Assembly: GCF_000012805.1 (NCBI RefSeq)
Contig: NC_007484.1
Coordinates: forward strand, 2,220,001-2,252,000
DNA length: 32,000 nt
Direction of reading: 5' to 3'
DNA from: Nitrosococcus oceani ATCC 19707
GTDB taxonomy: Bacteria > Pseudomonadota > Gammaproteobacteria > Nitrosococcales > Nitrosococcaceae
Shown piece after piece: positions 16,328-24,250 of this stretch; position 1 is the first letter of the stretch, and every line of letters starts with the position of its first letter. The position numbers and the translations under genes were made by a program. The notes under the pieces are model-generated. The model had not been told where the DNA came from and ran no database searches. It saw only the letters and a list, made by a program, of their open reading frames with translations.

Positions 16328-16663
16328 AAGATGTCTAACTTTTTTACACTTCAGCTGCTTTTTTTTGAGTTGTAAAATAACAAAAGTGTTTAGATTATTA
16401 TAAAAAAATCTAGATTTTCAAGAAAAATTATATTTAAACGACTAATATACATAGCTATTTTTATATTTTTTATTGGGCATGCGCTCTCCCTAAAGCCATC
16501 CTCTGTTTTCAAAAAAATTTGATTCCACGTAAGGGGACTTTACATTTTACTGTTTTTCTCTAATTAATTCCTTTTCTGCACTGTGCCAGAATATAAGCTC
16601 TAACCAGCGGATTGCCTCTAAAAATGCAAAATAAAGATGTAATTTTGGAATTATATTCACAAT

Positions 16664-16680
16664 AGGACTCTTTTTTGCAT
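16664..16680 (+). promoter_or_regulatory. Candidate sigma-54 (-24/-12) promoter upstream of the PEP-CTERM gene
   Basis: aGGactcttttTTGCAt has GG-N10-GC spacing and a perfect -12 TTGCA but a poor -24 half. It lies about 70 nt upstream of ATG 16748. Chance matches of this quality are common. Confidence 0.2.
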
Positions 16681-16747
16681 AAATTTTTTTATTAATAATA
16701 TAGTGTAATCGGCTTTACAAGCGGTATCCACTGAAGGATTTTTAATT

Positions 16748-17652
16748 ATGCTAAAAAATATAACAGTTTTCTGGATATTACTCCTTGCTCCATTTTCACC
16801 TAGCTGGGCCATTTCCTTTACTTCTTTTGGTCCTAATGGCGAAGGTGGCGCTATTAACGGACAGAATTTTTTTTTGATCGCCAGGGTGTGGTTTTTGAAT
16901 TAGATGCTTTTCTGAATATTAAAGGCTTAGATTTAAATGGTGGCACTGTCATAGGAACCAGCGCCCAGTTTTCCTTTGATGCCCTCCCACCTGGTCTTAC
17001 ATTTGGTTTCTCTTCATCCTTATCTTCGGATCTCAGCAATCTAGCTCTAACCTATACTCTTTCTAACTCTACTACTGCAAAAATTTTCCCAGAAGTGACC
17101 TTTTTCTCATTTTTGGATGGAGATATTGCTGACTTTGATATCAGAGAAATCTTTGAAACCCTAACACCACAAGAGCTTCTGGAAATCTCACTAAACGACT
17201 TTGCTGAGGCATCTGGGATCCTCGGCTCTGGCGCTTCCGACAGCGATCCCGATTCTTGGGAAATTGATGAGCCAGAATTTCTTTTTGGCGATATCTTCAA
17301 TAACCTTTTACTTGGAGCACTCGATAATAGCAACGCTATTCCGATATCTTTCCCAGAAGACGCCTCCCTAGCCCTAGGGTTTAATTTAGGAGATCTAAAC
17401 CCATTTGAAACCGCAACAATAGATGTCTTCTTGTCTGAAAGTGGCAACTCCATTGGAAATTTCTTCTTAACCCAACGAGACCTTAACCCAAATTCCTTTA
17501 CCTCCATCACAATGTCAGGCCAATCCAGCGTCAAGCAGAACCCAATTCCCCCAATTCCAGAACCTCCTACTTGGCTACTACTTACCGCAGGACTAGCAGC
17601 CCTGAAACTCTCTTGGCAGCTAAAAATGGATTCCACTAATCCTACATTATAA
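16748..17652 (+). CDS. Secreted PEP-CTERM-type protein; signal peptide and mature part are in different frames (break at a T9 tract)
   Basis: ATG 16748 (AAGGA 9 nt upstream) encodes MLKNITVFWILLLAPFSPSWA|ISFTSFGPNGEGGAINGQNFF. This frame then stops at 16899..16901. The long ORF (track 16888..17652) is in the -1 frame and is open back to 16858. The C-terminus reads IPEPPTWLLLTAGLAALKLSWQLK (PEP at 17557..17565, then a hydrophobic helix and Lys). The body is Ser/Thr/Asp-rich. Confidence 0.65.
16867..16875 (+). repeat. Homopolymeric T9 tract at the frame junction of the PEP-CTERM gene
   Basis: There are nine consecutive T at 16867..16875. In the signal-peptide frame the tract reads aaT TTT TTT TTg, a U-UUU-UUU slippery heptamer. 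Confidence 0.9.
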
Positions 17653-17654
17653 TG

Positions 17655-19019
17655 TTACGCCTGGAACCAATTAGACTTCAAACGTACGTAAACTATCCCT
17701 AACCAACGATGCACTTTTATCTGCCGCCCAAACAGCAATATAAAAGTAATCATCAGTGATTGGGTAGGAATCGAATAGCGTGTGTTACCGTATTCAAATA
17801 ATGCTTGCACCAAGGAGGTAACAATGATGAGTACGGTAATAACTAGCGGAACTCGTAACGCAGGTTCAGCATAACCTTGAAATAGGGCAACCTTTACAAT
17901 AAGGCCAGCAGCAAAAAATATAAATAACAGATTCATAACCCTGATCAGCCCTTGTTCAACCCACCAAAGGCGCTCAAGGGAGGCGGCCACTGTAGGGGAT
18001 ATTATTTTGGTGGGTTTCCAGTAATTAGGCGCAACCCAGAAGGAAACCCATGATTTAAAGACGCTTTGCAAATATAAGGCAGGATGCTCCACAAAAAGTT
18101 GGAGCGAGAGGCGGGCAAGCTTCCGCGAGAGATCCACGTGACTTAGGCCCGTTGCTGCCATAATCTCACCCTTTGCCTCAAAGATTGTCATACTGTGATT
18201 CCCGCTCTGCTTCACTTTTTTCTCCCGGTATCGGAGATAGATATCTCGTAACTTGGACGGCGGCGCCCGCTCGATAAAACCACCGCTATGATTGCTGAGG
18301 TTATACCCCATAAAAGTTGTGATTCCAGCATAATCAAGAGTTATCTTGTTAAAGCCGATCCACCCTGATACGGGTAAAGCAAAACAGAGCAAGACGATGA
18401 GAGGGATACAAATCCGATTGCGCCCTCGAAAAAACAAGATCGCTAGCAAGATGTACAAAGGACCAACAAAAGCAAAGAGGGGGTGGGTGAGCGCCAAAAG
18501 CGAGCTTGCGCCCCCAAGACCAACCGCCGGCCAAAATTTCCGTTCACTTACTAGCAGCTTTGAAAAAATAAATACTGAGAATATCAGCAGGAAGGACGAT
18601 ACCGACTCCGTCAGAAGATTTGCCTCAAATAACAGCTCATTTAGGGCCAAGGAATGAATGGTCCCCGCGCTGAAAGCAAGGCTCACTTTCCGTGTCTGCT
18701 CAAATACCAATACAAATAAAAGAAGCGAGGCCGAAACCCCAAGCACGGATTGAAGAAACCAGACACCAAAAGGGTTTTTCCCCGCAAGAAGCAACAGCAG
18801 CGGGTAAACGGGAGTTCGGGTCCCATCATATTCGCTAAAGTCCAGGCGAACCAACTCTCCGGCGAGCTGCAGGTAAGTGCCCGTATCAGGCCATATCACC
18901 GGCGCATAGACAATCCACAGGAACACCCTCACGAGGATGCAGATTCCTAAAAGCCAAAATAATCCTTGGCATACGGCCTGCCTTTCGGAGAGTAAAATAG
19001 ATTCCCTTTCCTTTATCAT
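17655..19019 (-). CDS. GT-C fold glycosyltransferase (ArnT/PMT_2-like, polyprenyl-phosphate-sugar dependent)
   Basis: 454-aa polytopic ORF. The first loop (VIWPDTGTYLQLAGELVRLDFSEYDGTRTPVYPLLLLLAG) resembles the GT39/GT83 signature (acidic residue + Y...A ... R.P.YPl). It has more than 9 hydrophobic segments and a soluble loop in the middle. Confidence 0.6.
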   Translation of the reverse strand: MIKERESILLSERQAVCQGLFWLLGICILVRVFLWIVYAPVIWPDTGTYLQLAGELVRLDFSEYDGTRTPVYPLLLLLAGKNPFGVWFLQSVLGVSASLLLFVLVFEQTRKVSLAFSAGTIHSLALNELLFEANLLTESVSSFLLIFSVFIFSKLLVSERKFWPAVGLGGASSLLALTHPLFAFVGPLYILLAILFFRGRNRICIPLIVLLCFALPVSGWIGFNKITLDYAGITTFMGYNLSNHSGGFIERAPPSKLRDIYLRYREKKVKQSGNHSMTIFEAKGEIMAATGLSHVDLSRKLARLSLQLFVEHPALYLQSVFKSWVSFWVAPNYWKPTKIISPTVAASLERLWWVEQGLIRVMNLLFIFFAAGLIVKVALFQGYAEPALRVPLVITVLIIVTSLVQALFEYGNTRYSIPTQSLMITFILLFGRQIKVHRWLGIVYVRLKSNWFQA

Positions 19020-19048
19020 CTTGGAACCATAAGCTCTTTAATATTAAT

Positions 19049-19879
19049 TTATCCCGTCAACCGTTTCATACGGGTTGATAATTCATCACATACTTCAAGG
19101 ATGGCCGAATCAATTTCGGGAGGAGGCTTTCGGCGCACGGAGCTAGCGACTACCTTACGGCTCACACGCGGCGTATAAGTAATGCCAAGAAATGCAAAAA
19201 GCTCATTGAGTATTTCAGCGGGGCGCTGGACAAGCTGCTCGTAACATACCAAACGTACGCGGGAATCCTGATCCAAATTTTGCTCGAAAAAAAGAATATT
19301 GCGGAAGTACCAAAAGAGTGCGCAGGCTGAAGCATTGCTGATTCCAGGATGATAAAGGGATCTGATTAAGGCATGGGTTTTACCCGACATCCCCCGACCA
19401 CGCCATCCGGCAGTATTGCGGTCTTGAACAATACGCCGAATGCTCTCTGGCATCCCAGTCCAAAGCGCTAGGTGGGAATTCACGACATCTTCATAACTGC
19501 GCACTAGCCATACGCCCTTGGAAGGCATGAATTCATCCAATAAATGGCGCAGTTCTTGAAGCTCACAAAGTGCTTTGAGCACCACATGCTGGGCACTAGA
19601 TTCCTTTACTAGCCTGTGAATAACTTCTCGTGAACGCATCTCATAGCTATCAAAAGCACGCTTATCACGCTCATGATAAACCACGGTCTCATAATCTCGT
19701 TCAAAAACATCCATTAGCATATTGGTTCCCGATCTCTGAACCCCTGCAATAAAAATAACCTGTTTGACAGCTTTGCAGGACGGAGATAGAAACAGCGTTT
19801 GATAAGCTTTTTTCCTGAGAAGAAAAGTACGATGCTCAACTTTCGCAAGCGCGGGAGAAAAGCGACTATGGCTTTTCAT
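19049..19879 (-). CDS. Sulfotransferase-family protein
   Basis: 276 aa with a 5'-PSB-like motif FIAGVQRSGTNMLMDVF. The later segment VVLKALCE...VWLVRSYEDVVNS is consistent with a 3'-PB region. An ATGA overlap joins it to the upstream ligase-like gene. Confidence 0.65.
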   Translation of the reverse strand: MKSHSRFSPALAKVEHRTFLLRKKAYQTLFLSPSCKAVKQVIFIAGVQRSGTNMLMDVFERDYETVVYHERDKRAFDSYEMRSREVIHRLVKESSAQHVVLKALCELQELRHLLDEFMPSKGVWLVRSYEDVVNSHLALWTGMPESIRRIVQDRNTAGWRGRGMSGKTHALIRSLYHPGISNASACALFWYFRNILFFEQNLDQDSRVRLVCYEQLVQRPAEILNELFAFLGITYTPRVSRKVVASSVRRKPPPEIDSAILEVCDELSTRMKRLTG

Positions 19880-21282
19880 AGATGTCTTCCAGAGCTCTCT
19901 TCAGGAAAGCTTTCGCTCTGGCTCTTGCTCGAAAAAGATCCCTTACCTACCCTAGGAGGGGGGTGCCAATCAGAGCGCACCCCTTTACCTGTAAAGGCTG
20001 TAGCTGAACGGCGACTAGCTATCCGCTCATCAGACAAAGCCTCCCGCCAGAGCAATGCTGCTAAGACGACAAAGAGATAATAAAGATCGAAATAAGCTAG
20101 ATTCAAAAAAGCTCCTGTAACAGCGTATCCAACAAGGCCAACCCTCAGCGCCCACGCATATTGTCCTATCCACCGCAAATCAGAGATTTCTAAAGTCCAT
20201 TTCTTAAGCCGTCCCAACCGTCGGTAAGTCAGGAACAAAATTATCATAAATAGACTGAGGCCAACAAAACCATGTTGTCCTAGCATCTGAAAATAAATGC
20301 TATGAGCTACATGAGCGCCTTCCATTACATAATAATATTTAGGATCAAGATAAGTATGCCACCGAGCAGTATCGCCTTCATACTCAAACCCCCCCCCGCG
20401 CAAGGGTCTATCAATTGCGATATTCCAAGCAAGGTCCCATGCCGCAATACGCTGCATCGACGAGGCGTCCATTTCATAGTTTTGAATGCTCTCCGCCCGA
20501 TTAAATAGCTTTTCGGGGACAAATGCTAAGCCGCCAAAGAGTATAGGTATGAGCATAATAACCAGCAAGGCTTTATTACGCCATCTCATAAACAGCAGCA
20601 CAGAAACTACTGCAAGCCCCAACATCGCGCCTCGTGAATAAGTGAAGGGAACTGCAATAAAGGTAAGGGCAAAAGTGGCATATAAAAGCCGACGAAACCA
20701 AACTCGCGCTTCCTGTTGTGCAAAAACCAAAAGAAGAGGCAATCCCATTACCATAGCTAGCCCTAGAAAATTGTTACCTGCTAGAAAAGACTTAGGTGGT
20801 CCCATTACATGGAATTGCCCACCTGTAAGAATGGTAAATAGACCACCTTTAAAGCCATAAAAACCTAGACTCAGAGTTGCGACTAGAAGCAGCCAATAAA
20901 TCCGCTGTTTGCCATAGATGAGTATCGTCGTTACATAACTCATTAAAAAAATCTTTGCCACCTTATCCCACTGTTGCCAAGCAGCATCAGGTGCCCAGGC
21001 GAAGAACGTGGTAAAAGTCATATACCCAAAAAGCACCAATAAGAGTCGAAGTTCAGGTGTCCAGGCAATAGACTTCCTATCTCGCACCAGCAGCATTCCC
21101 CCTAATATCGCAATCGCCACTAACTGCGCAAAGGGCATATCCCAAGCAAAACCCCACGTCAACCGATGAGGATTCATAATGCTTATCCATGTCCATACTA
21201 AAATACCAATCCATGGACGTAAAAAACAAACAGGCAGCAAGGCAAAAATAACCCCTGTGATCAGGATATCGCGAAACGGCAT
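19876..21282 (-). CDS. Wzy_C / O-antigen-ligase-like membrane protein ('putative O-glycosylation ligase, exosortase A system-associated' type)
   Basis: 468 aa and polytopic. The N-terminus (LLPVCFLRPWIGILVWTWISIMNPHRLTWGFAWDMPFAQ) and the central block (YSRGAMLGLAVVSVLLFMRW) are typical of the Wzy_C domain family as I recall it. Confidence 0.7.
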   Translation of the reverse strand: MPFRDILITGVIFALLPVCFLRPWIGILVWTWISIMNPHRLTWGFAWDMPFAQLVAIAILGGMLLVRDRKSIAWTPELRLLLVLFGYMTFTTFFAWAPDAAWQQWDKVAKIFLMSYVTTILIYGKQRIYWLLLVATLSLGFYGFKGGLFTILTGGQFHVMGPPKSFLAGNNFLGLAMVMGLPLLLVFAQQEARVWFRRLLYATFALTFIAVPFTYSRGAMLGLAVVSVLLFMRWRNKALLVIMLIPILFGGLAFVPEKLFNRAESIQNYEMDASSMQRIAAWDLAWNIAIDRPLRGGGFEYEGDTARWHTYLDPKYYYVMEGAHVAHSIYFQMLGQHGFVGLSLFMIILFLTYRRLGRLKKWTLEISDLRWIGQYAWALRVGLVGYAVTGAFLNLAYFDLYYLFVVLAALLWREALSDERIASRRSATAFTGKGVRSDWHPPPRVGKGSFSSKSQSESFPEESSGRHL

Positions 21283-21331
21283 TAGCGAGTTATACTGAAG
21301 TAATTTTTAAAATGTGAATAGATTTAATTTT

Positions 21332-21352
21332 TTTCGGCGCTAGATACCGAAA
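21332..21352. promoter_or_regulatory. Inverted repeat TTTCGG-N9-CCGAAA in the divergent promoter region
   Basis: tttcgg cgctagata ccgaaa lies within the 119-bp AT-rich spacer between the divergent ligase-like (-) and acyl-ligase (+) genes. It is a possible operator but has no other support. Confidence 0.2.
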
Positions 21353-21401
21353 TCTTAGTTTCTTACAAAAAACTTGCCGAAAGTGGCACGGAAAAAGCGT
21401 T

Positions 21402-23018
21402 ATGTCAAGAATCCATTCAGCAAATTCCTTAGTACACTCTTTAGTACTCGATAACGCCCTCAAGGGCCCGGATGCGTCAGCACTCGTGCATGGTGACCAA
21501 ACTCTAACTTACGCCTCCCTCGGTGAAACGGTCGAAGCCTGCGCTCGTGGGCTTCTAGCGCTTGGACTTGCTTCCTCCGAGCGCGTTGCCATATATTTGC
21601 CCAAACGCCCCGAAACGGTAGTTACCCTCTTCGGCGCTGCAGCCGCCGGCGGCGTATTTGTACCTATCAATCCTTTGCTCAAACCCCGGCAAGTTGCTCA
21701 CATCCTTCGAGATTGCAATGTCCGGGTACTCGTCACCGCCAGCAACCGTATTGATTTTTTACAAGATGCGCTTGCTGAATGCCACGATCTGCGAAGCCTC
21801 GTCATTGTGGATGCCCCGACTCAGACGATTGAAAAATTAGCGCAGCCAATGGCTATCTCCTGGGAGCGTCTCTTATCACTGGGAACTACTCAACAATCCC
21901 CAGGGCATCGCCGTATTGACAGTGATATGGCTGCCATCCTCTACACTTCTGGAAGCACGGGACGCCCTAAAGGCGTGGTGCTTTCCCATCGAAATTTAGT
22001 CGCAGGTGCGCAAAGCGTAGCCCAGTATCTGGAAAATAATTCCAACGATCGTCTACTCGCGGTATTGCCCTTAAGCTTCGACGCCGGCTTTAGCCAGCTC
22101 ACGACCGCCTTTTCTGTCGGCGCAAGCGTAGTACTAATGGAATATCTGCTGCCAAAAGATGTCATTAAAAGCATCACTCGCCATGGGATCACAGGGATAA
22201 CTGCCGTACCCCCCCTCTGGGTCCAACTTGCCTCCCTTGCCTGGCCCCCCGAAGCCGCGGATACTCTGCGGTATATTGCCAATACCGGAGGCCGAATGCC
22301 CAAAGCAGCCACGACAGCCTTGAGACGATCTTTGCCTCAAACCAAAGTATTTCTGATGTATGGACTCACAGAAGCATTCCGCTCCACCTACCTTCCTCCT
22401 GAAGAAGTTGATAAACGCCCCGATTCCATTGGCAAAGCCATCCCCAACGTAGAAATCCAAGTAGCCCGCGAGGATGGCAGCCTATGCCTGCCTGGGGAAT
22501 CAGGAGAGTTGGTACACCGGGGTGTCCTGGTAGCCATGGGTTACTGGAACGATCCTAAAAAAACGGCGGAACGCTTCCGTCCTACTCCAGGGCAACCCCC
22601 TGAACTTCCTCTCACCGAGATAGCGGTATGGTCCGGTGATACAGTACGTATGGATGAGGACGGTTTCTTCTACTTCATCGGCCGCCAAGACGAGATGATC
22701 AAAACCTCCGGCTACCGGGTAAGCCCAACCGAAGTAGAAGAAGTCCTGTACCAAGCAGGGCTTGTAGCTGAAGCTGCAGTCGTGGGTGTGCTCCATCCAA
22801 AACTTGGCCAAGGGATCGTCGCCATAGTAAAACCAAACAAGGATAATTTTGATCCTGAGGATTTATTGGCTACTTGTCGCGCCGAACTTCCGAATTTTAT
22901 GGTTCCTCTTGCCGTGATAGTTTCCGAGAATCTACCCCGAAACACGAATGGTAAGATTGACCGGCGCGCACTCGCCATGGAATTCGAACTTCTATTCAAG
23001 GAACAAACCGCCCCATGA
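21402..23018 (+). CDS. AMP-forming acyl/aminoacyl ligase (adenylate-forming superfamily; 'acyl-CoA ligase, exosortase A system-associated' type)
   Basis: 538 aa with adenylation core motifs ILYTSGSTGRPKGVVLSHRNL, YGLTE, GDTVRMDEDGFFYFIGRQDEMIKTSGYRVSPTEVE and PRNTNGKIDRRAL. Confidence 0.85.
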   Translation: MSRIHSANSLVHSLVLDNALKGPDASALVHGDQTLTYASLGETVEACARGLLALGLASSERVAIYLPKRPETVVTLFGAAAAGGVFVPINPLLKPRQVAHILRDCNVRVLVTASNRIDFLQDALAECHDLRSLVIVDAPTQTIEKLAQPMAISWERLLSLGTTQQSPGHRRIDSDMAAILYTSGSTGRPKGVVLSHRNLVAGAQSVAQYLENNSNDRLLAVLPLSFDAGFSQLTTAFSVGASVVLMEYLLPKDVIKSITRHGITGITAVPPLWVQLASLAWPPEAADTLRYIANTGGRMPKAATTALRRSLPQTKVFLMYGLTEAFRSTYLPPEEVDKRPDSIGKAIPNVEIQVAREDGSLCLPGESGELVHRGVLVAMGYWNDPKKTAERFRPTPGQPPELPLTEIAVWSGDTVRMDEDGFFYFIGRQDEMIKTSGYRVSPTEVEEVLYQAGLVAEAAVVGVLHPKLGQGIVAIVKPNKDNFDPEDLLATCRAELPNFMVPLAVIVSENLPRNTNGKIDRRALAMEFELLFKEQTAP

Positions 23019-24247
23019 ATACACCCCTCCCTCACTCACCCTTGGACTACTTCCCGATAAAAAATGACTGCCTTCTCGTCGGAGGAGTTCCCCTTACCGA
23101 ATTTGCGGCCCGTGTCGGCAGCACTCCCTTTTATGCTTATGAGCGTCGTCTGATCAGTGAACGAATCCAGCACCTGCGTACTCACTTACCGTCCGAAATC
23201 TACATTCATTATGCGCTTAAGGCAAACCCCATGCCAGCCTTGGCAGGCCATATAGCACCGCTGGTGGATGGACTCGATGTGGCTTCTCTAGGAGAACTGA
23301 GGGTGGCATTAGATACAGGCACACCACCGGAGAGCATTAGCTTTGCCGGCCCTGGAAAATCCGACGCGGAACTTGCAGCTAGCCTAGCGGCAGGAATCAC
23401 TATTAATATGGAATCCGAAGGGGAAATGGAGCGTATCGCCCATTTAGCAGAAAAACAAGGACGCCGTCCAAGAGTAGCAGTGCGAGTAAATCCTAACTTT
23501 GAGCTTAAAACCTCCGGGATGAAAATGGCGGGAGGGCCTAAACCCTTTGGCGTAGATGCCGAACGCGTTCCCGCCATGTTAGCCCGGATTAACACCCTCG
23601 ATCTGGATTTCCAGGGCTTTCATATTTTCAGCGGCTCCCAAAATCTTCGAGCTGAAGCCATCATCGAAGCACAGGAGCGCACTTTCACGCTGGCTCTCGA
23701 ACTTGCCCGTTCAGCCCCCACGCCAGTGCGTCTACTAAACATTGGTGGCGGTTTCGGCATCCCTTATTTTCCAGGCAACAAACCCCTCGATCTTAGACCT
23801 ATCGCTGACAATCTTGCGGCTTCTCTTCCCAAGCTACAACGACAAATCCCTGAAGCTGAAGTAACACTTGAACTCGGTCGTTATCTTGTAGGCGAAGCCG
23901 GCATCTATGTTTGCGAAATCATTGATCGCAAGATCTCTCGTGGTCATGTATTCCTCATCACTAATGGCGGACTCCACCACCATCTCGCCGCTTCCGGCAA
24001 CTTTGGGCAAGTCATTCGCAAAAATTACCCGGTCGTAGTCGGTAACCGGATTCAGGGCTCAACCCGCGAAATTGCCAGCGTCGTAGGACCGCTCTGCACC
24101 CCGCTCGATCTGCTTGCCGATCGGATGGAGCTTGCCCAAGCTGAAGCAGGAGATCTCATCGTCGTTTTCCAGTCCGGCGCCTATGGCCGCTCTGCGAGTC
24201 CTCTGGGCTTTCTAAGCCATCCAGTGCCGGCTGAAGTGCTGGTGTAG
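23015..24247 (+). CDS. PLP-dependent decarboxylase, Orn/DAP/Arg decarboxylase fold-type III ('exosortase A system-associated' type)
   Basis: 410 aa with YALKANP (PLP Lys), NIGGGFGIPY, ELGRYLVGEAG and GPLCTPLD. An ATGA overlap joins it to the ligase gene. Confidence 0.8.
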   Translation: MNTPLPHSPLDYFPIKNDCLLVGGVPLTEFAARVGSTPFYAYERRLISERIQHLRTHLPSEIYIHYALKANPMPALAGHIAPLVDGLDVASLGELRVALDTGTPPESISFAGPGKSDAELAASLAAGITINMESEGEMERIAHLAEKQGRRPRVAVRVNPNFELKTSGMKMAGGPKPFGVDAERVPAMLARINTLDLDFQGFHIFSGSQNLRAEAIIEAQERTFTLALELARSAPTPVRLLNIGGGFGIPYFPGNKPLDLRPIADNLAASLPKLQRQIPEAEVTLELGRYLVGEAGIYVCEIIDRKISRGHVFLITNGGLHHHLAASGNFGQVIRKNYPVVVGNRIQGSTREIASVVGPLCTPLDLLADRMELAQAEAGDLIVVFQSGAYGRSASPLGFLSHPVPAEVLV

Positions 24248-24250
24248 CCA

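Noticed and set aside
16390-16420. Short tagat...atcta dyad in the AT-rich spacer
   Set aside because: It has 5-6 bp arms in extremely AT-rich DNA, so it is not distinguishable from chance.
17052-17636. 194-aa reverse ORF opposite the PEP-CTERM gene
   Set aside because: The forward frame carries the PEP-CTERM signal and, via the T9 junction, a signal peptide. The reverse ORF is Ser-rich low complexity with no motif, consistent with a shadow.
21384-21398. Good-looking sigma-54 element TGGCACGgaaaaaGCg just upstream of the acyl-ligase gene
   Set aside because: The -12 GC lies only 4 nt before the ATG at 21402. The predicted transcription start would therefore fall inside the coding region, and no plausible downstream start codon preserves the conserved N-terminus. 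It is probably fortuitous.
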